Positions 1-12,016 are shown, counted from the first letter of the whole stretch. The stretch: 58,857 nt of DNA, filler included, from Sphacelaria rigidula (GCA_964200075.2; 5 parts of 5 records of this genome joined end to end with filler, not necessarily neighbours in it), one strand, 5' to 3'. Made by a program: numbers and translations. Notes: a model not told the origin generated them from the sequence alone.

Positions 1-366
1 CGAGCTGATGTGATGGATATAGCAATAATAATAATAATAATTATCAGGTAGCCCTGACTCAACTGTCGAGTAAGGGCAGCATGCATACACGCTGCAAAGA
101 GAACCCAGCGCCATCACTTCAATCGAAATCAGCGTCATCATCCTAGACGAAATAAGCGACATTATACAAGCTGAACCCAAGGTTATCTTCCGAACCGAAC
201 ACGAAGTCATTGTTCAAATCGCCGCCTCGTGGGGATACGTGCAAGCCATTGTATGTTGTATTCGATCAGACCGACGGTCAACTCCAGAGAACGCATACCT
301 CCAACCCCACCGTATCCTAGGGTTGGTCATTGTACCAAACTGCCACACCGTGATCATCATGTTTAC

Positions 367-699
367 CTGGATTTCATGGCCATCGGAATCCTCGTTGTCG
401 GGGTCAGAAGTGCCGATCCATACTACGTCCACCATCCCTGGAGCCGCGTGTTCCCAACAAAACAGAGGCCGCACTGCCTGCGCCATCAACGGCAAACCAC
501 ACAGAACGGTCGGGGTGAGTACGCCGCACGTCGACACGTCTCTCCTTGCAAGATAAGCGAGGGATTTATGCTTCGTACAAAACGCTCACGTCTGGATAGC
601 AGCACGAGTAGCGAAAGCAGCACCAAAGCATACCTCAGCATCGGTGACATGAGCACTGGCAGCAACCAACACCCCCAAGCACTCGCTGTACAGACCGTG
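367..699 (-). pseudogene. Exon of EsV-1-7-repeat protein gene carrying an in-frame TGA (586-588)
   Basis: Acceptor ATCATGCAG| before 699 and donor CAG|GTAAAC after 367; 333 nt, phase 0. ORF-track entries 586..882 and 214..537 are the same frame. Reads HGLYSECLGV...EVCFGAAFATRAAIQT*AFCTKHKSLAYLARRDVSTCGV...RPLFCWEHAAPGMVDV, containing two FCxxH motifs. Confidence 0.65.
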
Positions 700-1143
700 C
701 TGCATGATTCGGCAAAATCGCACTGAGGCGTTTCTTTCCCCTTGTTTCTGAACTGCACACGGGTGCTCCAACTGCGTGAGGGGTGTTTCACTCCAAACCC
801 AGGGTAGGGCATTACACCTACTAGGGTATCCCTCGTCCCCGGGGTATTCACAGTACCTCGGGTATGTAGTGGAACAAGACACTTCTAGAGTACCTGCAAT
901 ACTGACCCGTACCCACTACCGTGTACCCTGGGGTACCCTGAGTAACTCGATGACGTCTTGTCTCGGGTCTCCACTGAATAATTCATGTCTTTTGATGTAT
1001 TTTTTGTATTAAAAGTAGCGGTATCATCGCCAGCAACATCACCCGATACTACACTTGTCGCCACATGTAGCGTCACCGTCAGCGTCACCGTCGCAAGCAC
1101 GGTCAATACTACACTGTGCTGCATCATTCGATACCAACCTCAC

Positions 1144-3267
1144 CTGAGCACCCGTTAGAGCACAATAGTCAGGCTCGCCATCATCACCATCGCCTTCTGG
1201 TCCATCGGAAGTGACGTCATCATCATCACCATCATCATCATCACCATGAGAGTCAGCCTCGACATGAGATCCTTGCTCGTCCATATCCATCGCTGCATCA
1301 TCCACAGCAGTCTCACTACCCGTACCTCCGGGTGTTCGGCCATTGTCACCATGACCATTGCTGACACCCCCGTTTTGGTTTTCATCAGGGTCCTCGTCAT
1401 CATCCTCGAGCACACCGCGGTCAGCGCCAACATGACCGCTATTTTCAAGCAGCTCCTCAGCATCGTCCGTAGCTACGCCATCATCCCTCTTCGTAACGGA
1501 TTCGGCCTCGCTTCTTTCCTTCTCAGCAAAACACCCCGCAGATCGCCATGCAGAATCAGCATCATTCTCACCACCACCACCACGAGTGGGAGCAGGAGCG
1601 GCAGTAGCAGTATCACCGTCACGACTGTCATTATCGCCATTGTTCTCGTCATCACGAGCAGCAACAGCATCATCACGGTCTTCTTCCAATCCGCTTTCCG
1701 GCGAACCTCCTCCATTCGCCATCGCAGGGGTTCTTACGACGTCGGACGGGCTTCCCTCGACGCTCGGATCGATTTCCTCGGCATCTAAAGGCGTCTCCTC
1801 GGCACCCGCGGACTTTCTCAAAATATCTGAACTTTCTCTTACAGCGTCGAAAAGCTTCTCCACCGTATTCAACGGGTTTCGCACGGCGTCTGAATCTTTT
1901 CCCGCGACATCCAAGACTCCCACACCTTTCGAAGAGCTTTCCACGTCATCAGAAGGTATTTCCTTAGCTTCTGAAGGGTTTTTCACGCTATCCGGAACTT
2001 TTTCCAAAATATCCGATGCCTTTTGCACATTGCACGAAGAAGAATCTCTCCCCACAGCAGGGAAAGCTATAGCATCAGAAGGCTTTGCTGCGTCGTCAGA
2101 AGGCTGTTCTACACCATCGGGAGACCTTCTCATAGCATCCGAAGGAGTTTCTTCCTCGTCACCCGGACATGTTCCGGAAGCTTCCGCATTGTTTTTCGCA
2201 ACGTCGGAACCTTTTTCCACAACATTAGAACCATCCCTCACAATATCCGAACTTCTTATCTCAGCATCCGAACTGCTTTCCGCAACATCCGGACCTTTAC
2301 CCTCAGGATACGAACCATTTTCCACAGCATTCAGAGATGCTTCCATGACCTCTATTTTTTTCCTCTGAGCGCCCGGCTCTTTTTGTTCAGCATCCGAACG
2401 TTTTCCCTCAGCCACCGAATCTTGTCCAGTAGTATGTGAATCTCTCCCCTCAGCAGCATGTGAGCCTCTTTCTTCAGCAGCATGTGGACCTTTTCCCTCA
2501 GCAGCATGTGGACTTTTTTCCTCAGCAGCGTGTGAACCTTCTTCCTCAGTAGCATGTGAGCCTCTTTCCTCAGCAGCGTGTGAACCTTTTCCCTCAGCAG
2601 CATGTGAACTTTTTTCCTCAGCAGCGTGTGAACCTTCTTCCTCAGTAGCACGTGAACCTTTTTCCTCAGCAGTATGTGAACCTTTTTCCTCAGCAGCACG
2701 TGAACCTCTTTCTTCAACAGCATGTGAACCTTTTTCCTCAGTAGCATGTGAACCTTTTCCCTCAGCAGCGTGTGAACCTTCTTCCTCAGCAGCGTGTGAA
2801 CCTTCTTCCTCAGTAGCACGTGAACCTTTTTCCTCAGGAGCATGTGAACCTCTTTCTTCGACAGCATGTGAACCTTTTTCCTCAACAGGGTCCGAACATT
2901 CTCCCTCCGTAGCATCCACGCCATTCTTCACAACATCCGAATCATTTCCCTGAGCATCTAGACCCTTGTCCTCGGCAACATTTGAACCTTTGTCCCCAAT
3001 AGCAGCATCCGCGCGGTTTCTCCCAACCTCCTCAGGCATTTCTTTTCGATCATCTGAGGCCTTGTTCACTACAACCGACCACTGTTTCTGCATAGAGGCA
3101 GGCGGAGATACAGCGATAGCGACAGGGAGAAATGCGTGCGTGGCCAAGCGGCCACACCCCTGCGGGTGTCTGCAGTCTCTTCCGACTGAAACGTTATACA
3201 TCCCGCGGCGCCTATGTTCCGCACAGAATTGAGCCTTTTCCGTGTTCGGGTAACCGTGAGTCGGTGC
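1144..3267 (-). CDS. Large internal exon (708 codons) of EsV-1-7-repeat protein with long acidic low-complexity insert
   Basis: Open frame (ORF 1039..3324). Acceptor CTGCAG| before 3267 and donor CAG|GTGAGG after 1144, phase 0. Starts APTHGYPNTEKAQFCAEHRRRGMYNV..CRHPQGC (EsV-1-7-type motif) and ends EPDYCALTGAQ. Confidence 0.8.
2430..2890 (-). repeat. Coding 27-bp tandem repeat (about 17 copies) encoding EEKGSHAAE-like nonapeptides
   Basis: Repeated plus-strand unit such as GCATGTGAACCTTTTTCCTCAGCA; translation shows a 9-aa period. Confidence 0.9.
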
Positions 3268-5083
3268 CTGCAGTGCAATAGAGCAACACGGCGGCAGGCC
3301 AAATCGCGTGGAGGTAGTCGACACGGCGGAAGGGGGGCAGGCGAGGGGTAGGAGGGGGGGGGGTGACTAAGGCTCATGCTCATGCTACCCCTTGCTGCTC
3401 CTCTACAATTTTGCAGGTGAAGAACATGAACCTGAAGCGTGCGACACGCAAACATGTTGCTGTCTTACAGGAAAAGATTCTCACTGAGTTGTGTCACGTG
3501 CAAAAACCGCCCGTCGCTTCATCATCTGCAGGATACGTACCCTACAGGGAAGACCGAGACGGATGCGATAGAGTAATGTATCGGTAACTGTTTACAGTTT
3601 TGTGTTGCTGTAGCAACCTGGTTCTAATATTGCTGCCCTACTGTGTCAAACACGATCAACCCTTTAGGACCTGGGGCTTTCTCAGGACTACATCGAGATG
3701 AGTGTCTACTACCGTGAGCTAAGATTTTTTGTCCGGTCCTAAACCAATCATATCGGTAGAGTGAAACCCACCAAGAGGTTAGCGACCAATATCTACCTCT
3801 CGGAAAATCATGCCCCAACGTACCCATGGATCACTGAATTAGTTGGGACATACACATTGAACTATTGTGCTAGTAGCTTTCCGAGTCTTGCGGGGGGGAG
3901 GGAGTAATTTGACTTGATTATACAGTAAAATCGTTTGCGAGTTTTTTCGACTCGTGATTTTAGTGCACAAATCTTCGAAATCCCCAGCCTCCTCCGAACC
4001 CCTCAGATTTTTGGGGGGTCTGACCTCCCTCGCACATATTGAACAACCAAACACTATCAAACAGCAGAGGAGGAAAGAGGAACCATGCTGACGCTACGAC
4101 GTCCAAGTGACGCGGCAATGAAGGACAGAAGCTACCACCCATGCACACCCACTCCAGCCACGACCGGCAGCAGCACGCTTTGAGACAGACGCCGCCAGCA
4201 TTTACCAACCTACACGAAAAAAATAGGGTTCGCACAACGCATGGCCTCAGCTGGCGCATCTCTCCGCTTCTTGCTTGCCCGCTATTTGTTTACTTCGGTC
4301 TACCACCATAAGACACACTTATGCCCTGAAAGCGTGCCGTGGTCATACTTACCGGTGGCAGGTCCCCGCCCAAACAGGCACATTGCACACAGGACTGGAC
4401 TGTTCTATACGGTGCGGTGATGCCTGCGGTGTGCTATACGCTGTGCTTGCTGTGGTGTACTCCACTGCCTTTTGGTGACTGATGTAGGATCTGACCCGCA
4501 CCAACAACATGTCATTCTTAGAGTGCGTGGTTGATTCTGATGACATGCGTCGTTTTCCAACCAACGGCCAGCGAACAAAACGCTCTCATGGTATTTCGTG
4601 AGCCCCGGGCTCTACAGGATAAACATCACCAACACAACACTCGCATGTGATTCACGAGCTTCTTGCATAAGCTCTAATATTTTTGCATCAACCCCCTCCC
4701 CCACGAGACGATCGTTTGAACCCTGCTTCGTCTCACTACGGTTGTAGCAACCCCTCATCGTCATCGTCATTATCATCGCCATCGTTATCGTCATCGTCTA
4801 CGAGAGGGGTACTCAAAAATGCATGCTGCAGTTGGTCGGTCGACTATTAAACACTCGTCATGAAGATGGCCAAGCACTATTCTTGAAAGAGCGAGCGCGG
4901 GCCAGGCGCTCCTCTTTAATTCGCCAGAAGGTGATCAATGCGGCTACATCCATTTTTTTCACACAGCAAACCTGAGACGTTAATCACGTCTTTTATGCAC
5001 AACACTCGACAATATCGGGTTAGCTTGTTTGTGGAATATGTATGTATGTATGTATGTGTGTATGTGTGTATGTATATTCATAC

Positions 5084-5221
5084 CTTGCTGCAGCCATCCC
5101 TTTGGCACGTAGCCCGTCGCACGTTGATCATCCCTTCCATTTTGTGCGTCGCGCAGCGCACACCCTTGTCGCCTGGGTACCCGAAGGAGGGACTCTTGTC
5201 ACAATTATCGTGCTGGCAATT
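5084..5221 (-). CDS. Exon of EsV-1-7-repeat protein (46 codons)
   Basis: Acceptor CTCACCAG| and donor AAG|GTATGA. NCQHDNCDKSPSFGYPGDKGVRCATHKMEGMINVRRATCQRDGCSK is a typical C-x4-C-x-K-x-PSFG...C-xx-HK-x-GM repeat. Splices in phase 0 to APTHGYP at 3267, completing the next repeat. Confidence 0.88.
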
Positions 5222-6920
5222 CTGGTGAGCATTGTGAGGGGACAAATAGCGACAACCAACATTCGGGAAACACTTTCTTTGTTTTTGCATCATTCGTTGT
5301 GATTTTAGCAACCTGCAACACATATCGCGGTCCTAGTAGATGCCCGCGACTTTACTGAGCAAGTCTACATCCCAGGTCGGTCACCAGAGAAAGCTCGAGG
5401 TGCCGGTGCGCCCTCGTGGCACCCTCACAAGCAACCAAGTGCATTGGGAAGGATATAGTGGAGACAGGCACAACAAGGAGTGAACAGACACGTTTTCATA
5501 GAATTACCGGAGAAACAAATATTGTCACCTACATGTTGAGTCCGTGGTTCCTGTACATTCATGGACGGCAACAAGTGGAGGATGACATGTGATAAAGGAT
5601 AAATTGTCGAAATGGAGAACAGAGGCCACGGTATTGTGACACCACGTAGCTCGTGATACGTCCGGTGAATGGCGTCATGGACTGGCATATTTTCGAATGT
5701 TATCGACGGCAGGCGCAATTTGGCATGTTTGGCCTAAAAGATGTTTTCTTATTTCTTCTCGTGCACGTTATGCAGAGAGAATCAGGACCACAAACTCTAC
5801 TGCCGCGCGACTGAACATTCCCCGGAATGTTTTGAATCATTTATCCCGAAACCATACACTGCCATAGCTCCTGCAACCCATCGGCAGACTTCGCTGCACT
5901 CGTAACCACGCATTAGACCAAGCCTCGAAATAAGGCACGGATCGCCGAACATTTTTTGCAACGAACACGTACGAAAGATTGCAACTCCTGAATGTACAGA
6001 GCACGAACCACCGTTTCCGCAGTTATTGCAATATCCTTCGTGCAATATGAACGGCACACCCATGCTTCTTTGAACCATGGGCCCGTTATTACCCCACCGC
6101 AAATAAAAAATGGTATGTTCGGTGCAGTTATGGTGCAATGTTGGCTGTCGTCTAACAAACTCAGCCAATCAGGTTTTTTGCTACTCACGTCCTGATGCTT
6201 CTGGATACTATAATATTACCAGCGACAGAAGTTAGATACCATGACCAGTACTTGTGAGAGAAAAGGTCAAAGTAGACGCGTCTAGCAGGAATTGAGCTCT
6301 CGTTTCCCCGCCCTAATGGTATATATTAGACTACCGGGTGGCGGCGGCTATACATGGTATGCAAAATTGTTCAAAACACCATGGTTTCGACACGTGGTTG
6401 CCTGGAAATCTTGATGTTTCGGCCGCGGGTCTGAAAAGGAGGGCTGATGCGACCATTAAAGGCAAAGATGCGGTACTGCCCTGTATTGTACCGCACTGTA
6501 CTGTACTGCACTATGCACCATGGACGGTAACAATGATCATGTAAAGCAAGCATCCCCCCGCCTTGCAACGCTCCTCGAGCACGCTCCAAATAATGTACAC
6601 GTTACGCGTTGCGGCCTTTCGTCACACGTCAATGAGTCGCCAAGGGTCGTGTCTTGCTTCTTCTCCTCTCGCAGCACCATGAGCTGAGTCAACAGCGAAG
6701 TTCGGTCTCGAGCTGATATATCCACTACGTTCATCAGACGAAGGGTGCCATATCTCTCAGTGCACTCCCTCCGTCCCCTATTCAGCCTAATGAAAAAACT
6801 TTTGATATTGGCGGGGAACCGTCATAGAAGCAATATGAGGGCCTTTGCAGGCAGCTGCATTAGCTCCAGGAGTAATGCCCAGCACACAGACCATTGGTTA
6901 GGTGAACTGATCTTTTTTTA

Positions 6921-6981
6921 CACCCCCCCCCCTGGTCTGATGACTATGGCATGCATGATCATGAGTACATCCCCCCCCCCC
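6921..6981 (+). mobile_element. 3' tail fragment of poly(C)-tailed retroposon family B
   Basis: TGACTATGGCATGCATGATCATGAGTAC plus C-run, with a C-run also on the 5' side. Same motif at 7560, 11820(-), 35060, 35160, 58300(-). Confidence 0.7.
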
Positions 6982-7281
6982 GATAGGATGCGGGGCGGTC
7001 CCAAGGTGACTTCAAAAATCAGCCGCCTCACCGGTGCTTTTCGATCAAAACATCGCCTTGATATTTCTGACTCGCGGCCAACTGCTATCGATCTCTCGAA
7101 ATCAGCGCACATCCTTGCTCTACGGTGAGGATTATACTTCCAACACATCAACCGACTTCATTTTCGGCAGTCTGACTACGTACGTCTGACAGGCTAATTA
7201 GTTATACTCAAAGTATCCCCCTCCTCTCCATGATCCGCGTCCCCCTCCCCCGGAATACCAATTGCCGGGGGAGGGGACAGT

Positions 7282-7602
7282 GCGCGCACGCGAAAAAAGG
7301 CTCTGTCTCAAAAAGGATGCGTGGTCAATGGTCACAAGACTAAGGCAAGCAACAAATGAGTACGCCCCCCCCCCCCCTCCCCACCAACCCACACCCGACA
7401 ACAACAGCACCCAACCAAACTACCCCCACCCTCCACTCACCCCCCCCCCNNNNNNNNNNCACGGGAAAAAAGGCTCTGTCTCAAAAAGGATGCCGGGCCA
7501 ATGGTCACAAGGCTAAGGCAAGCAACAAATGAGTACGCCCCCCCCCCCTCCTCTCTAATGGCCATATGACTATAGCATGCAAGATCATAAGTACACCCCC
7601 CG
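7282..7602 (+). mobile_element. Stacked retroposon 3' tails (family A twice across a 10-N gap, then family B)
   Basis: GTGGTCAATGGTCACAAGACTAAGGCAAGCAACAAATGAGTACGCCCCC matches the 3' end of the LINE at 21830-21890, followed by ATGACTATAGCATGCAAGATCATAAGTACACCCCCC. Confidence 0.75.
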
Positions 7603-9179
7603 TCCCTTCCCCCACGCGCCAAATCTGACCTTCAGGAAATATGTGGGTGTGGTGTACTTTTGATTTCATTTATATGCCACCCCTTGCATCGGATGAAACT
7701 GCTGCTCGTGCTGGGAGTCATTCACACATCAATCGCCGCTTGCTGAAGGTGATCTTGAGTTCTGATGGCGAGTACCATAGTGCTAGGCCAGATATATTTC
7801 ATAGGGACGCACATGCTGTTGGTTCCAAGTCTTTCGCATCGTCCGTGTAGAGACTCGAGAGCCATCGACGGCATAGCAAAAGAACCGAGTCGAGATAAAG
7901 GGATGCCACTGACAAGGCAAATTTGTATACGGCCTACCTCAAGGCTGCGGCATATGCCTGCTACGAGTGTACCACAAGCCAACGAAGCACCGCCATCAGT
8001 GGAGCACAGCGTCACCTGTACCGCAGTGCATTCTGGGCTGTATTCATTACTGTACGGTGTGTAGAGCGCGCTACTGATACGCGCTGATGGTGGGTTGGAG
8101 GAGACTACAGGCTGGCTTAGGAACTAAGTGAGATATGTAGAAGGCATTTTCCCTTGCCGTTTTCAATAGTTGGGAGACGAACTTTGAGACGTGCGCGTCT
8201 GAAGGCAAGCCCGAGGTCGTGAGTGATGTTTCCGTCGTTTCCACTAATTTCCTGGAGTCTCTCCGGCGACATCCCGCGCGTTGGGGCCCAAAGAGACCCC
8301 TGAACCAAGGAAGACTGAACACTAGCGATCTCGGGCTAACCTTAAGAAACATGTGTGCCGAAAAAAATTCACCAACTCTTGAAATGGTGTGAGAGACGAA
8401 GCAAACGCGAAACTGTTCCGAGAACCTGTGGTCCCCGGCCACTTCTGGAGACTTCTCGCTCCATGAAACCCGTGATTCCGACCGAAACTCAGAAAGACCA
8501 AACACTCGAGATTTTGAGCTTACTCTCGGGAACACGTGTGCGAAAAAATCCTCTATTATCTCTTCACGACAGCGTGGGAAATGGAGCAAACGTGTTACTG
8601 TTCCGAGAGTCTAGTGCCCCCGGTCGCTTCCAGCAGTTCATGACCCTACGAGCTGTGCCAGCCTAAAAACGGATTTAAGCTCTAAAAACAATATCTCATC
8701 GACACAGACGAGTTGGGCCGTGATCCGCATATCGTACTAATCGTTCAATCAAGGGGAAAGTGCCCATCTGCTAAAAGATCTGAGCCAATATTCTCTCGTT
8801 GATTAAACCCACATGTCTAGTAATTCCCATACCGTGCGGAGATAGCGTCCACACTGAAATCTACATGAAACCCCGAACGATGCATTCAGCGGATGATGAC
8901 GATTTCTTGTGTGGACCTTCCCTGGAGCACGGGGACACGATAGATACCCTCACCTTCACCTGATTCGTAATCTATCTCGAGATATGGCGCACATACGTTT
9001 CCATACTAGAATCAAAATATTACGAACAGAGGCACTGGGTACCTCAAATCTGGATATCGCGTCTCAGTTTTGGAGAGTTGTGCTATGATATTTCGTATGG
9101 AGAACCGCTAGTGCATAGTGAAATGAGAAAGCCAGCTTTTAACATTTTTCTTATGTTTTTTCATTTTTTTTCGTGTTTC

Positions 9180-11680
9180 TAGGGGAGTTTTGAGGGAAAA
9201 TGAACATCGCTCTTGGGCCTCATGTCAACTTTTGGGCTCAATTTTCAAAATTGTGATTTGACACTTAGCATGGAGAACGACAAAGGTATGCTGAAAAAAA
9301 AAGGGCCTTCATTTCTTTTGGGGGGGGGAGAGGTTCGGGCGTTCTCGTAAAAAATTGGTGGTTACCGTACTAAAATGCCCTAAACCAGCGAAAAAATTAA
9401 ATCAAAACCAACCTGATCCATTTTTTTTGGTTCATCATGATCTAGCGAAGTCCCGCACAAAGTTTCAAAACACAAACACCGAACGTCGGCCAGTAAACGG
9501 CCTGCAAACTCTTGTTGCGAATTTGCACCGGCCCTATTTTTCGAAAGGCGACTTCGCAATTTTTATTTCGAGCTGGAGCGTGAAATTTGGTGTGGACAAT
9601 CAATAGGGCATCAAGAAAAGCCGTCTATGAGGTCCCAAAGTTTTTTTTCATAAGTTAAGGGCAATAATCAGTTTCAAGGTTTCAGTATAATGCCGTCAAA
9701 TCACAAAAAAAAAAACTTTGGGACTCCACAGACAGCTTTTCTTCATACCCTGTTGATTGCCCATACCAAATTTCACTGTCAAACTCTAAGTAAAAAATTG
9801 CGAATATGCCTGCCAACAACAAATCCGCTTCTAGGCTAGGCCAACTCGTACGAAACCCGTGAATCATACTCGTACGAATATCCGACCACCCCAACAATCG
9901 CAGCCTTAGTCTTGCCTCGGCCTTGCTTGAAAGGACGATCTGTATACATTTTAGTCTATTGACTCTCAGAAACAGCGTGAGGTTTGGTGCTCAAGTAAAA
10001 ATGTTCCGAGAATATCCACTGACGGCAGAAGGCAGCTTATGACCCCAGGGAACCGGTTGAAACGAAGCTAAGCTCCGAAAAAGCAAACGTTGGTGACGTT
10101 TGGCATACCTCCAGAAGCGTTCCTGCCATTTTTGCTACTTAGCTGTTTATACCCGCGTTAGGTTTTTGGCGCAAACGGGATCTTGTTCCGAGAAAGTGCC
10201 ACACACAACGGTCGGCGACACAAGAAACCGCTAGAGCGAGGAAAGAGGAGAAAAGCCCAGACACCGGTGACCCAGGGCTACATCCAGAGACATCTGCGTA
10301 AAAATTAATCGGAGTATTCGCCAACAATCACGAACGGCCTAGGGAATAGAGTGAACAGGAGATTGTAGGGTATACAGATACATTATATATATATATATGG
10401 TAGGGTTGGGGTGAGGAAAGCACAGTCCTTCGACTGTAAGCTATACTTCGGTATGACCCAACACCTCGAATTTCGTTTCACGGCGTTTTCTAAGCTTTCG
10501 TGTAGGGTGAGAATCGCGCTCTGTGCTTATGACGGCTTGGTGCGGGATGCGCACGACTAATTAGCGGTGGGCATCAAGTGTACGAACATGGGGCTCAGCT
10601 ACGAGAATACGACCACAATGAGCGGCGTAATTGGCTCTTGGATATTCACAAATCATACGAGTTGGACCAGCCTAGAGGCGGATCTGTAGTTTGCAGGCGA
10701 ATGCGTCGGGCAATATTTAGAGTTGGAGCGTAAAAATTGGAACGGACAATGGATAGGGAATGAAGAAATAATACGAGTGTACAATTTGTTTGTTTTCTTG
10801 TTTCCATGAGTTAGGGGCATTTTACTGATAGCTGAAAACTGATTATTGCCTTCAACTCTTGAAAAACAAATGGTGGTCGTGATAATTTTTTCATGCCCTA
10901 TGCATTGGCAATACCAAATTTCACGCTGCAACTTTGAATATTTACCAACGCATTCGCCTTTTGAAAACCGGGTCGGTAGAAATTCGGAATAATATTTCTC
11001 AGGCCACTCACCGGCCCACGTTTGGTTTTTGTGTGTTGAAATTTTGTGTGGGCTCTCGCTAAGGCATAATTTTACAAAACTCAGTGGGTCAGGTTGTTTG
11101 TTCGTGAGCGTTTTAGTATGGTAGACACCATTTTTTTACGATAACGCCCGAGCCTCTATGAAAAAAACATGAAGGCCATTTTGTTTTATTCGACACACCT
11201 TCGTGGTTCTCCATGCCAAGTTTCAAATCACAAGTCTGAAAATTGAGCTAAAAAGGAGGGGGTCTGACGAACTGTACGTAAAGAGTGGTTGGTAAAGAGT
11301 GGTTGGTACTATGGGGATGCCGCCAACCCTAACGCTAAACCTAACCCTAACCCCGACCCACGCCCCCCCCGACCAAGGCATACCGAGAACCTCGGGCGGG
11401 GGGGGGCGCAAAGTATCCCGTAGGCTACGGGTGCGTTGCCAGAGCTCAAATCGACGAGTTTGAGCCGATTTTGGACCAAAACACGTCCTGGACGAGCTGG
11501 GTCTACTGCTCACCACTGCTCACCTGCCCGAAGTCATAAATTTTCTCGGAACTTTTGTCATTCTGAAATCAAGTAAAATCGAGTACCAACAATTGTTTAC
11601 GTACATTTCGTCAGCTCTACTGCTAAAAAATTGACATGAGGACCAAGAGCGAGGTTCATTTTTCCTCAAAACTGCCCTTA
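9180..11680. mobile_element. Long inverted repeat (foldback-like, or two inverted copies of a non-autonomous DNA element)
   Basis: Left arm ~9180-9852 matches the reverse complement of ~10655-11680. Examples: GAGGGAAAATGAACATCGCTCTTGGGCCTCATGTCAA vs TTGACATGAGGACCAAGAGCGAGGTTCATTTTTCCTC, and CCGCTTCTAGGCTAGGCCAACTCGTA vs TACGAGTTGGACCAGCCTAGAGGCGG. The right arm is interrupted at ~11255-11620. Confidence 0.7.
11300..11398 (+). mobile_element. Short element with telomere-like (CCCTAA)n ending CCAAGGCATACCGAGAACC
   Basis: AACCCTAACGCTAAACCTAACCCTAACCCC...CCAAGGCATACCGAGAACC; the same terminus occurs at 26615-26633. Confidence 0.55.
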
Positions 11681-11693
11681 TTATTATTATTAT

Positions 11694-11793
11694 NNNNNNN
11701 NNNNNNNNNNNNNNNNNNNNNNNNNNNNNNNNNNNNNTTAATTAATTAANNNNNNNNNNNNNNNNNNNNNNNNNNNNNNNNNNNNNNNNNNNN
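11694..11793. other. Artificial contig-join spacer (44 N + TTAATTAATTAA + 44 N)
   Basis: The 12-mer has stops in all six frames; an identical 100-nt spacer occurs four times. Confidence 0.97.
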
Positions 11794-12016
11794 GCAGGTT
11801 GAGGGGGGGGGGGGGGGGGTGGTACTCACGATCTTGCATGCCGGAGTCATGTGGCCATTGACGTCGCATCCCTACAAAGCCGGGATGAAGCACGCCGGGT
11901 TCTCGCCGGACCAGGCTCGCAATCACCTCAGGTTGGGGGGGAGGAGCGTACTCATTTGTTGCTTGCCTTAGTCGTTTGATCATTGACCACGCACCCCCTT
12001 CGTGCAGGTTGGGGGG
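11794..12016 (-). mobile_element. Tandem insertion of family-A and family-B poly(C)-tailed retroposon ends with a triplicated target site
   Basis: CAGGTTG(A/G)GGGG occurs at 11795, 11929 and 12005, flanking a B fragment (~11810-11925) and an A fragment (11941-12003). Confidence 0.72.

Noticed and set aside
1155..2924. Overlapping and antisense ORFs (e.g. 2352..2924, 1586..2368, 1246..1788)
   Set aside because: By-products of the low-complexity and tandem-repeat exon, which lacks stops in alternative frames.
7262..7550. Tandem duplication across the 10-N gap (also 49620-49860)
   Set aside because: Near-identical sequence on both sides of a scaffold gap may be an overlap artefact.
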